Origin: Gekko japonicus
Taxonomy: Eukaryota
NCBI RefSeq assembly: GCF_001447785.1
Contig: NW_015167060.1
Location: 274,041 to 338,040, forward strand
Direction of reading: 5' to 3'
DNA length: 64,000 bases
Shown: piece by piece, positions 50,001-59,892 of the stretch
Position numbering within the stretch: position 1 is the stretch's first letter
Layout of the letters: every line of letters begins with the position of its first letter
The notes under the pieces: generated by a model
Told to the model about the DNA's origin: nothing
Databases searched by the model: none
What the model saw: only the letters and a program-made list of their open reading frames with translations
Translations under genes and position numbers: made by a program

Positions 50001-53000
50001 TATTTAGGGGAGAGCTTGGGGACTAAGGGATATAGTATGGAAACATCCATGAAGTAAGAGTAGTAACAAAAGCAAAAATGCATCTTTTTATCAGGCACTA
50101 AGAATGGGAGAATACAGCTAGGGAAATTATTTGAAGAGACCAAATTCAGTCTTAATTCTATCTGATATATAGCATTTGAGAGGATCAGAGTGATTTCTCA
50201 GTATGAAATGGATGCATATGGTCTTTTATGTTACGTACATGATACCATTTACTCATAATGGATGAGCAGCTTGTTACAAGAAACCTGTCCCCAAAAGGTC
50301 TTTGTAGCTTAGAACAAAGCTTGAGTCCAGGGACACTTTTGAGGCCAACCAAGTTTTATTCAACGGACTCAAACTTTGTTCTGCCGCTTCAGACCAACAC
50401 AGCTACCCCACCTGAATCTTTGTAGCTTAGGTCATTTTCAGCTACTGTGACTAAGGAATTTCTTTGTAGTCAAAGCCAAGTAAGAATGGGGAACTCTTCA
50501 AAGAAAAATTATCCCAAGGAACAGTTACCCTTTATAGGTCACTGATTCTCAAATGATCACTTGGTATGAACTATTACATTTTTGACAGATTGCTAGGCTG
50601 GTAGGTTAGAACCAGTGAAGCATGAAGGTTATGTGTCTCCATCTATATCTGGTAGTCTGTCCCAGAGACCTCCAGTTTATATAGTCAGCAGAATTATGGG
50701 GTAAAGTTTGGCTATACCACGTGCAGCTGGTGAGGGCAGGGCATGTTTAAATTCTTCCCACACAATTCTCACACTTACCTGCAGCAGCCTCAAGTGATAT
50801 ATGGTCCTTGTCAAATTTTGCCATTAAATTCTACTCAATATATAAACCAGGTAAGTGACAGAGTTCTGCTTGTGGGTCCCCTTATAGTACAGCTACATAT
50901 TATATTTTGTTCTGTGATCATTTTAAAATACATTTCAAAATATTCCAAATGCTGCTGCTGGGGCTGCCTTTTCAAAGAGGAGAATGGAACAGCGGGGTAT
51001 GTTTGCGTATGCTCTCTAACCCTTTTCTCTCCTGCTGTTTTTCTGCTGAAAAACACCAGCCTAGGTCACTGTTACCCCTGCCAGGAAAAAAAATACGGGT
51101 TTCTACAGTGAACAACATGGCCAAGAAGACTTTGGCAACTCTTGTTTTCAAATATTACATATTTTCACTTTAGCAGGAAGGAAAACTGGCCAGTGCTAAT
51201 ATATATCATCTTAATATATACTTTAAATTAAGATCAGACTGAAAAACAAGCCAGCTTGACTGACAATGCCTAGCATTGCAAAAGGAGGAAAATAAGTCGG
51301 GTGATCATCTTAGCTACAAGCCAGGATGGTGCTGTCAAATACAGGAAGGGAAGAAGAGCATATCTTTCTGACATATGCCAAACTAAATTCCTTTCCTGAC
51401 TCCAAAATTGCTTTTGCAAAGTCACCCGTCTTCATTCTCAAAACTCATTGAAATGACTGCAATAACAAAGGATGCCAGCAGAGGCCCCCTTATAACAGCA
51501 AGTTCATTGCTCTCTATGGAATAAAGCTTTTGAGGTGGGACATATCCACAGAGGAAAACACCCTGCTGAGTCACTCACTATCTCCCCGGATTGGGGTTCA
51601 TAGAGGGTGGGATGGGATGTACCACTGGCGATCCAGACAATGCCAACAGTTGCCACATAGCACAGTGCTGTAATGTTGCTGGTGAAGGGGCCAAGGCGAT
51701 GGATCAGCTGTCCATCCTGGGACCAGATGCCAACCGTCTGGTCAAAAGAACCCGAGAGCACCCTGCAAAAGAGAACACAGAGCAGGGGTTCAGTAAAGCA
51801 GGAATCGGCAGTGAAGTAGAGGGGTCAAGTATTCCATAAGTAGTAATTGGTTTTCCCAAGCTACACTCTGCATATACCCAATTCTGTCTCTCCAGTATAC
51901 TGTAAAAAGCATTTTACCCTTTTCTGTATCAGAAGGTCTCATGGATACTCTCCCTATTCAGTTCCCTCCCTTACATCCTGCCCTTTCCACTTCCTCTTTG
52001 TGGTAAATACTATCCTTCCCAAATCCTCTAGCTTCACATTTTTTACAGCCCAACCTATAAAATACAACCCATTCAGAAAAAGAGACATTGGGGCAGCTTC
52101 CCATATGAACTGTTTCTAACACTGCACTTAATATAAATGGCCATATGGAAACAGGGTGTCTGCACAGCACTTTTAAAAGTGAGTTAAATGTGCATTCAGT
52201 GCATATATGACCTTTGCAGTCCACAGGTGACAATAGTCTTAAAGGTGCCACTGGACTCAAACTTTTTTCAGGTTACAACAGTGTTAGTGCTCACATTCTT
52301 CAGATGCAGGACCAATGCGGGCTACATAGTTTGGATAGGTATTATTCAGACTTTTGATAGAAAAAAGCAGAACTTACTTTTCCCAGTAAATGCTTTGTCC
52401 ACTTCCTCATGATTCTGGTTTTACACTAATATGAGTGGGCACTGCCCACAGGTTGCGAGCCAGTGCAATTTGTAACTATCCTTCTGCATTGGAAACTCCC
52501 TTTCACAGGGTACCTGCTGGTGACTAATTGGTTGCTCTTCACCGATCCCTTCTGTTTTGGGCAGAATGGCCCCACTGCTGGACCTCCTGAGGGCAACTGG
52601 TATTTTTGGCCACTGTGTGACAGAATGTTGGACTAGATCATGGGCCATTGACCTGATCCAATATTGGCTCCTCTTATGTTCTTAAGGACAGTCAGTTAGA
52701 ATAATAATAATTAATAATTAAATAAATAATTATTATATGGCATTGTGTGTAGAATAGCCAGGAGATCCTAAGATTGTCTGGCAGTCATAAGTTCTAGCTC
52801 TTCAGTGTTATGCACTGCTAGGTGGTGAACTAGATCTGTTTTTAAGGCAAGAGATGTTTCAGAGATGGTTTGCCACTGCCTCTGTGTCTTGCCCCTGGTA
52901 TTCCTTGGAGGTCTCCCTTCCAAATACTAGTCAAGGTCGACCCTGCTTAGCTTCTGAGATCTGACAGGATTGGGCAAGCCTGGGCTATCCAGGTCAGGGA

Positions 53001-55337
53001 GTCAGTTAGATAGATACTTCCCCTCATCCGAACACCCCTTTCAAGATCCCCTTTCTGAGACTCCATCTATTCCACCTGTCCTTCATTTCCCACTGGGCTT
53101 GTACCTTGTGGTTTCTTGCTGGCGCACGAGCAGCAGATGGGTGATGGCTGCCTTGTGGGCACGTGAGATACAGTGCTTAGTTGTTAGGCCTTTCCTGCTC
53201 GGAGACTGGTACGTGTCAAAGATCAGCAGCCTCTTGTCATACCTGGGAAAGGAAAAGGAGAATTGATCTACTTGAAGGTGACGCTGGTCTCAGTAGGTTA
53301 GATTTAAACCTCTGTCAGAAGTGGGGCCATTATAAATGAGAGCTTTCACTTGTAAAAGGGAACTGCATATCCCTCCAGTTTGCAAGAAAGCCACATGACT
53401 CACTGCATTTGTACCTCAAAGCTACCTGGGGAGCCACATTACTGTAGCCTTTCACAGAGTAGTCATCCCCTTCTAGTGCTATGTAGAGCTTTGGTAATGC
53501 TCTGCATGACGTAAGTGGATAAAAACAGCAGAAATAACAAAGCAGCAACATCAGCTGGTGTCCTTCCAATGGCAGCAACTCTCACTGGCATTGGAGAGAG
53601 AGCTATAGTGTTTGAAGCCCATGTACAGATGCAATCAAAGTCTTCACCCTCACCTCCAGACTCACCCTGCAGTGTATATATTGTTGTCTAAGCAGGTGAT
53701 GCAGGACACGATGTCTGTGTGGGTCTGGTCTGAAAAGCCCTGGCTCAGGTTGACTACATGCCCAGACTCTCTTCTCTCGTCCAAGGGGAAGGCCACCAGG
53801 AGTCCTTTGCTCCCACAAAGCAGTAGGTGGCGAGCCAGGCTGATTGCCAGGGTAAAGATGGGGTAGCCTAGCTGGAGAGAAAGGGCTCAGATGAAGGACA
53901 GCAAGAGTGTGCACGCCAAGCAAGGAGTTCCAGGAATGTTACCACAGCACAGCCTAGCCATTGCTATGCAGGATTCTCCAGAAGGTCTCTGCCTTGTATA
54001 GATTTTCATGGAGTTGGACCAGTACGTTGCTCTTCATCGAGCAATAATACTAATACAACACCATCTAAAGTTGATTTTGTTTTGCAGAATTACCATCTTG
54101 CTGCAAACCTAAGGACTCCAAATTATAAGCACAAGGCCATACCCTAGTTTCCCATGAGATGGGCAAGGGTCTGGCATGGTCACCGTAGGCCAGTGATGGC
54201 GAACCTTTTAGAGACCGAGTGCCCAAACTGCGACTCAAAACCCACTTGTTTATCGCAAAGTGCCAACACGGCAATTTAACCTGAATCCTGAGGTTTTCGT
54301 TTAGAAAAAACAACTCCTACATTAACATAAGATGATCCAAACAAAGTAAGGAAAGCAATCCCAAATGCTTTCATTTACTTAAAATTATTTGGCAGAGAAT
54401 TCCACACTTTAATGACGGTCTGGGCCTGGCTGGGGCGATGGCACACGTGTCCACTGAGAGGGCTCTGAGTGCCGCCTCTGGCACGCGTGCCATAGGTTCA
54501 CCACCACTGCTGTAGGCCATGCAATCAGTTCTGCATAATGACGTATGCCTTGTGATGAGTTATTTTTGGTCCTGAGGTAAAGCAAAGAGGTGGTTCTTAC
54601 CTGAATACGGTCAAGAACTGTGCCTCCTGGAGCCCACACAATCACAGAGCTATCGTTGGAGGCAGAGAAGAGGAGACGTGCCTGTATCCAGGACAGGAAC
54701 TGTGTAACCCGGCCAGCATGCTCTTTGGTGCGCAAAGACATGTGGCCATTCTCCATGTCCCACCATTTGATCACTCCATCTATTAGGGCAAGAAAGAATG
54801 ATAGGTTTGGCTGGGGAACCATTTGTTAGGAAAAACCACAATCCATTCATTTCCATTATATCTGAAGAAACTATACAGGTAAAGGTTATCAGCTTTTGAC
54901 TTAAGAATAGTAGGCTAATGTGGCGTTCCCAGATGAGCTGAAGCATGCCTCTGGAAGGAGCATTTGGATGTGGGATCCTGCTTGTTAAACATATGCTGAA
55001 AACACATGGATGTGTTGGGCTTTTGCTATGCGTGGATTCTTGCAATCTGCTCTGGGGATATTTAATGGACCTGTGCTTTATTGTGGGCAATACAAAAAGT
55101 GGCTTTAGTACATAGATATTATTGCCCCCAGATTGTGCACACATGTATGGAGCAGGAATGGCAGTGGAAAACAGCTCGTCTTCCTAAGGCTCAGAAAGAA
55201 TTGAGAAAGTTGTTTCTTTCCAGCTCTGACTCACCCTCGAAGCCAGTGAGGCACTCACGTCGAGCTGCATGGTAGCCAAGAGCTGTTATAGGACGGCGGT
55301 GATGTTCCCTTATGCGCAAATGCTGCTGCATCGCCAT
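40957..55337 (-). CDS. Uncharacterised WD40-repeat protein, 17 coding exons, 719 aa
   Basis: Exons 55235-55337, 54601-54779, 53666-53871, 53105-53242, 51579-51762, 49597-49690, 48095-48193, 47751-47841, 46513-46719, 45556-45664, 44451-44529, 44199-44293, 43849-43973, 43447-43627, 41839-41951, 41654-41747, 40957-41019; sum 2160 nt, no internal stop; repeated WD signatures (EDGVIKWWD, SASNDSSVIVW, SGSFDQTVGIW, SGGWDGRLCLWD, SGSEDGSIRLW, SVSLDGTVCMWK). Confidence 0.88.
41654..41747 (-). CDS. WD40 gene coding exon 16
   Basis: VYDPNSGVQVQSHTGHQDSIKGVIHVPEMEQ. Confidence 0.9.
41839..41951 (-). CDS. WD40 gene coding exon 15
   Basis: SEDGGCCMKDLRAPRGITCLCIDQANGCIVAGVHDTI. Confidence 0.87.
42063..42860. 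mobile_element. Large fold-back insertion, probably Penelope-like
   Basis: Inverted arms 42098-42379 / 42570-42859; 15-bp direct repeat TCCTAACTGTTCTAT flanks; CTGACGA at 42549. Confidence 0.7.
42924..43129. mobile_element. hAT MITE (same family as 27651, opposite orientation)
   Basis: Perfect 8-bp TSD GTCAGGAA; shared interior. Confidence 0.85.
43215..43410 (-). mobile_element. tRNA-derived squamate SINE (related copies near 5545+, 27350-, 28030-, 46110-)
   Basis: Shared CTGTGAGGTAGGTT...TGGCCCAAGGTCA...TTTGAA core. Confidence 0.5.
43447..43627 (-). CDS. WD40 gene coding exon 14
   Basis: REFALSSSTGRIFICAFNPHCANLVLLAELGHQASVVALVWHPLEDKWVSGSEDGSIRLW. Confidence 0.9.
43849..43973 (-). CDS. 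WD40 gene coding exon 13
   Basis: LSGGWDGRLCLWDLQNHSLQNEFSSVPGNNGPILDMAYSPK. Confidence 0.87.
44199..44293 (-). CDS. WD40 gene coding exon 12
   Basis: GFACRTVLCGHTGMVTALTLAGSDTTICFPYL. Confidence 0.87.
44451..44529 (-). CDS. WD40 gene coding exon 11
   Basis: GQDSRAPAPACAQDEMVQDPSSKCVA; needed to bridge phase 0 to phase 1. Confidence 0.75.
45556..45664 (-). CDS. WD40 gene coding exon 10
   Basis: AIFAEGLDILVVSSTNGNIYLWEFESFIPGTESSGQ. Confidence 0.87.
45730..45925. repeat. ~90-bp-arm imperfect inverted repeat, Penelope-like
   Basis: GCCAGTGGTGCA..GGATATTTTATTGTACAA / TTGTACAATAAAATATCC..TGCACCACTGGC with CTGAGGA near centre. Confidence 0.6.
46513..46719 (-). CDS. WD40 gene coding exon 9 (polar/basic insertion)
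   Basis: SMESFHISEAHLERRGPF...KDTHKESIGFV; phase 2-2 fits neighbours. Confidence 0.78.
47751..47841 (-). CDS. WD40 gene coding exon 8
   Basis: AKKEPILLFSGDSNGMLQKWERSYISPFIY. Confidence 0.85.
48095..48193 (-). CDS. WD40 gene coding exon 7
   Basis: GSAKPQQMLVWRYSELGCLIVLPCKHPMECLAY. Confidence 0.85.
49597..49690 (-). CDS. WD40 gene coding exon 6
   Basis: VSQFISTFRGQQMEGLVLQQLLSLPDSRHVI; alternative donor at 49582. Confidence 0.82.
50313..50416. mobile_element. Short Penelope-derived fold-back
   Basis: AGAACAAAG.TTGAGTCC / GGACTCAAACTTTGTTCT; 14-bp direct repeat TCTTTGTAGCTTAG. Confidence 0.55.
51579..51762 (-). CDS. WD40 gene coding exon 5
   Basis: VLSGSFDQTVGIWSQDGQLIHRLGPFTSNITALCYVATVGIVWIASGTSHPTLYEPQSGEI. 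Confidence 0.9.
52838..52999 (-). mobile_element. 5S rRNA-derived SINE (partial)
   Basis: GGTCTCCCTTCCAAATACTAGTCAAGGTCGACCCTGCTTAGCTTCTGAGATCTGAC. Confidence 0.7.
53105..53242 (-). CDS. WD40 gene coding exon 4
   Basis: YDKRLLIFDTYQSPSRKGLTTKHCISRAHKAAITHLLLVRQQETT. Confidence 0.88.
53666..53871 (-). CDS. WD40 gene coding exon 3
   Basis: LGYPIFTLAISLARHLLLCGSKG...HTDIVSCITCLDNNIYTAG. Confidence 0.88.
54191..54509. mobile_element. hAT MITE
   Basis: TIRs CAGTGATGGCGAACCT / AGGTTCACCACCACTG; TSD CCGTAGGC / CTGTAGGC. Confidence 0.75.
54601..54779 (-). CDS. WD40 gene coding exon 2
   Basis: DGVIKWWDMENGHMSLRTKEHAGRVTQFLSWIQARLLFSASNDSSVIVWAPGGTVLDRIQ. Confidence 0.9.
55235..55337 (-). CDS. WD40 gene coding exon 1
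   Basis: gtcATGG context; MAMQQHLRIREHHRRPITALGYHAARRECLTGFE; exon acceptor at 55351. Confidence 0.8.
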
Positions 55338-56599
55338 GACTATGGTCAGTACTGAAGAGAGACAATATGGGAAAGTTTCCAAATCCCAAAGACAATATGA
55401 CAAGTTCCAAATTTACAGATGTCAGAGCTTCAAAGACGTAAGTGAGAATGTGATCTTTAGCAGAATGTACTCAAAATCTTACTCAAGTTTGTCCAATGGA
55501 CTTACTCCCAGACATGTGTTCTTAGGATGGGACGGTGAGTTTTTTGCAAATGTGGAGTCTAGTTTATCCTGAGGTGAATTGATCACAAATCCTTAAAAAC
55601 AAAAAGAAATCTTGTGGTACCTCAAAGACCACGAGATTTATTGAAGCACAAGCTCTAGCCAAGGATAGTTTATGCTTCCATACATCAGTCAGCCTTGAAG
55701 GGGTCATGAGATTCCTCTTTCTTCCTTTCTTTTTTCTTCTGCGGCAGACTGACAGCATGGCAACCTCACTGGAGTCTGCAAGCAGCAGCAGTAAGTATTA
55801 TTTTAAATCACTGTTTAGCCATCTGTGGCATGATTTTCCAAAGGTCACACAGCAGCAGTGTTTTCGTACTGTTCCTCCACAAACTGTATCGTATGCCACT
55901 CATTTTGACCCACCACAAATCCTCAGACACTATGAATGGTACCATGTTCTGTAAATGAAGAGCCCAAGAGTAGGCAGACCTCAGCCCTGAGAAGAAGGAA
56001 GAAGGTGTGGGGAGGCAGCAGAGAGGCTTTTCCTTTCTCTGTTGCAGCCCTGAACTGCCTCGCAGGGCTGAGTTTCTGTCTGGGACAAAGCAAGCCCTCC
56101 AGTCCCTCTCCTGTTCCTCATTGCTCTGATTTCATACCTCTTCAGCGTTTGCTTTGTAGAAGGGAACAAGTGAATAGCTTCCCAAGGAAATTTTCTCTGG
56201 ACCCATATAAAAATAATACTTGCCCTGTATATGTCTTATGTCTGGAAAGCATTACAGAGCTGGGTGGGAAGGGGATCAGAGCATACAGGTGCAAAGGAAC
56301 AGAGGGATCTACCTTGCAGCCTGAATAACTGTGCAGTGCAAGAGAGGGAATTTCAGTATATGTCCGGCTACGCCAGTTTTACCGCTGAGCATGCTCTTTT
56401 ACACATTCGTCAAAGGTAAAGAAGAAGCCCTGTCTTCCTCCGCATCTGGCCACTCAGCAGGACAAGTTACAGTTACCCTGCAAGTTGCAACCTTAAAGGA
56501 CACAGCAGACATCGCGCCCCCGGTCCATGTCCCCCTCCCGTCCCCTCCCTCTTCTGCCTGTGGTGAAGGAGGGACTGCGCAACTTCCCAACATGCTTAC

Positions 56600-56790
56600 A
56601 TTGTGGCGCTCCCAGTCCCTTAAAAACATGGATGATCCTAGTTCGGTCAGCCCTGCAAAGCTCCCCCACCTCCTTTCCTGAGACTTGCCCAAATATACAA
56701 GGTACAGCCAGGCAGCAGGGGTGCAGAGAAGGGTTCTCCGGAGTCTCAGGCTGCCCGAAGAAAGTCAGAGTTTCTCGTTTACTTCCTGCT
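56600..56790 (-). other. Probable non-coding first exon of the WD40 gene (5' end approximate)
   Basis: AAT|gtaagc donor at 56600 directly below a CpG-containing motif cluster; coding exon 1 has an acceptor so an upstream exon is required. Confidence 0.45.
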
Positions 56791-56793
56791 CAT

Positions 56794-56944
56794 GTTACCA
56801 TGGGAATAAGAAGGCGGGAGTGAGCTAATCCCAGGGTTTGCGCTGCTGAAGTGTTTCGTGTCGTGAGAATCAGAGGCGCACCGGTTTTGATTGACGTCAC
56901 ACACCCCGAGAAGCACTGCAATGGTAGGAAAAGCCCCGCCGTTA
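56794..56944 (-). promoter_or_regulatory. WD40 gene promoter: X-box (RFX), CRE, GC box, MYB-like site
   Basis: GTTACCATGGGAAT 56794-56807; TGACGTCA 56892-56899; CCCCGCC 56934-56940; CCGTTA 56939-56944. Confidence 0.55.
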
Positions 56945-57126
56945 TCACCTTGAGCTACACTAAGCAATTAAAACATCCTAAGAAGTACCTAATATCAGGA
57001 CAGGTAAAAGGAAATACTTCTTCACACCACCACGCACAGTTAATTTAGGGAATTCACTGCCCCAAGATGTTTCGATGGCTGCTAGTTTAGACGGCTTTAA
57101 AAGGAGGTTAGACACATTCATGGAGG

Positions 57127-57478
57127 TAAAAGGTAACGGTTCCCTTGCTCGAAAGCCAGTCGAATCCGACTCTAGGGTTGCGGTGCTCATCTTCGTTTCA
57201 AAGCCGAAGAGCCAGCGCTGTCCAAAGACATTTCCGTGGTCATGTGGCCGGCATGACTAAACACCAAGGCGCACAGAACGCTGTTACCTTCCCACTGAAG
57301 TGGTACCTATTTATCTACTTGCAATTTCTTGCTTTCGAACTGCTAGGTTGGCAGGAGCTGGAACTAGAGACAGGAGCTCACTCTGTCATGCGGCACACTT
57401 GGGTCTCGAACTGCCAAACTACCGACCTTCCACAGCCTGCAGTTCAGCGTCTTAACCACTTGAGCCACCACATGCTCC
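57127..57478 (-). mobile_element. Sauria SINE inserted in a CR1 fragment
   Basis: TSD CATTCATGGAGG; CR1-like sequence on both sides (~57000-57126, 57479-57520). Confidence 0.85.
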
Positions 57479-57528
57479 CATTCATGGAGGACAGATCCAT
57501 TAATAGGTATTTGTAATCATGGCCACAC

Positions 57529-58215
57529 AGAGGTCATTCTGGCTCCCCCACCTCTCGATAGGAGCTCTTTAAAAAGTTATGGCCATCATCGCTGTTCTCG
57601 GTGGCAGCTGCGATGCCCTTGTGGGAGGGGGGAGGGGGAGGGGAGGGGCCAAACGTTCCCTTACCTCCCTGAGCCTTGGACCCGTAGGGGCAAATTCCAC
57701 CTCTCGCATGTCATGTCCCCTTCACATGCAAGAGGTCATTCTGGCTCCCCCAGCTCTCCGGAGGGGCTCTTTAAAAAGTTATGGCCGCCTCCGCCGTTCT
57801 CGATGGCAGCTGCAACGCCCACGTGGGGGGGAGGGGAGGGGCGAAACATTCCCTTGCCTCCCTGAGCCCCGGGGTGGTGGCCTTGGACTCGTAGGGGCAA
57901 ATTCCACCTCTCACGTGTGATGTCCAAGCAGCAACATCACACGCAAGAGGTCATTCTGGCTCTCCCTGGTCTCAGGAGGGCCTCTTAAAAAAGTTATGGC
58001 CGCCGTCGCTGTTCTCGGGAGCAGCTGTGACACCAGCGCGGGGGGAGGGGTGAAACGTTCCCTTGCCTCCCTGAGCCCCGGGGTGGTGGCCTTGGACTCG
58101 TAGGGGCAAATTATACTTCTTGCGTGTGATGCCGCTCGGACATCACACTCGAGAGGTCATTCTGGCTCCCCCAGCTCTCGGGAGGGGCTCTTTAAAAAGT
58201 TATGGCCGCCGTCGC
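57529..58215. repeat. GC-rich ~205-bp tandem array, ~3.3 units
   Basis: AGAGGTCATTCTGGCTC at 57529, 57731, 57946, 58152. Confidence 0.88.
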
Positions 58216-59290
58216 ATGAAAACAATGCCATGATGGCTGGAATATTAAAAATTAATGCAGAATGTAATCTAAACATTTGCTTGAATATCAAGTATGAATA
58301 TTAAATACTTGCTGAAGAACTATATATAGACACAATACATAGCCTAGTGGGAAAGAACCACCCACAGCCTTTGTCCAAAACCCTGAGGAATGCAGACAAA
58401 TTTGTTAGTGGATCTGTTCCGTTGCCTCTTGTTCCAATTGCATTAAGTATTCTAGAGGCTACAGCTTGCATGTCTAATAACAGGTTAAGGACACACTGAT
58501 TACAGCATCTATGACAGCAGGGAGGTGAAAAATGTGGGTTTGGATGTACTCCTCGGTGTGGCACAGAATGCATCTATACTGTGGTCATATTAGCTGTATG
58601 GAAGCAACTATATTTTAACATAAAACCCAGCTGGGGCTGCAGTCTCTCTCATGGAGTCTAGGTATTGCAGTTGTGCTGGTGTCATGGTCTTACAAAGCTG
58701 GCAGGGTGATCTTGCCTTGCCCAGTGATGATCATCCTGCCCCCCCCCATCTTGCCCACTGCCTTTATAGAAACAGTCGTCTCTTGAACTGCTGATAGAAG
58801 AGATAAGTGATGGCTTTTTCACTACTCCTTCTAACACCGAAGTGGCTGGTCCCCAATAGGATAATTAAAGCAGCAACACAAGCGGGTTCTACACACTCAG
58901 GGGACGCCCCCCCCCCCATGTATGCAGAAAAATATGACTTAATAAATCAACCAGAAGATAACAACACCCCACCACCACCCTAAGAAAAAGAGCATACCGA
59001 GGACTGAATATGCTGTAAAATGTAGGGAATATTGTCAGCAGCTAAAAGGGAAATTAGAGGATGGGAAATATGCCTATTCACACCCTAGAAATAGGAATTC
59101 CTGAGAGGGAGACTTTGAGGGAGTGAGGTCTGATTTCCAGATCATTCCCACCACAGTTCCTTATAGCCCCAGTTAACAAATGGAAACTGTGAGAAATTAC
59201 CATAAGACAAATGTTGTACACTGATATTGTATTTTTTTGTATTTTTATGCGTGTGCGCGCGTGTGCATGCGTGTGCACGCACCTGGAAAT

Positions 59291-59463
59291 CATGGTGAAC
59301 GACCCCTACTGAGGGCCTGGAGGATATTCAGAGAGGTGCCCCCGGCCTTCCATCTGCTGGTATTCCAAGGAGGTCTCCCTTCCAAGTGCTTGCCGGAGTC
59401 AGCGCTGCTTAGCTTCCGAGATCTGGATGAGATTGGGCTTGCCTGGGCAATCCTGGTCAGGGC
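59291..59463 (-). mobile_element. 5S rRNA-derived SINE (variant body)
   Basis: GGTCTCCCTTCCAAGTGCT...CTGCTTAGCTTCCGAGATCTGGATGAGATTGGGC. Confidence 0.65.
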
Positions 59464-59892
59464 CACATGTATTATTATTATGACAGGTTGTTCCAATGGA
59501 ACCTGGATGCTTTGGCTCTACAGTTAGGCTGATTTCAGTCAAGGACGATATTCTATATAATGTCAGCCATTTTATTCTGTGGTTGCATGTGATTGATTTG
59601 ACTGTAGATTTTTACCTCTCTTTTTAAAACCCTGGCCTCCACTGAGAGCCCTGATTACACACTTTTGCATTCAGTCCTGAGAGTGTTTACAATATAAGTC
59701 TCCCTGGTGGATTCTCTCCTCCAGTGTTACCTGCAGTGCCAGCTGTAATGCCCCCCATGGGGACTAACATTGACTGTGAGGTGTTTGCATTACATTCTAG
59801 AATCTCCAGCCTATTTGAATTTGCTTGTTCAGTTTCACAACACTGCATTGGATCAGGGGCCACTAATATCCTTCAGACATGACTCGAAGTGT

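Noticed and set aside
56600-56629. MFLRDWERHN as the WD40 N-terminus
   Set aside because: Phase 0 donor joins the next exon out of frame and stops after one codon; treated as a uORF
57529-58215. CRISPR-like regularly spaced repeats with hairpins
   Set aside because: Whole units are homologous (no unique spacers), the context is eukaryotic and there are no cas genes
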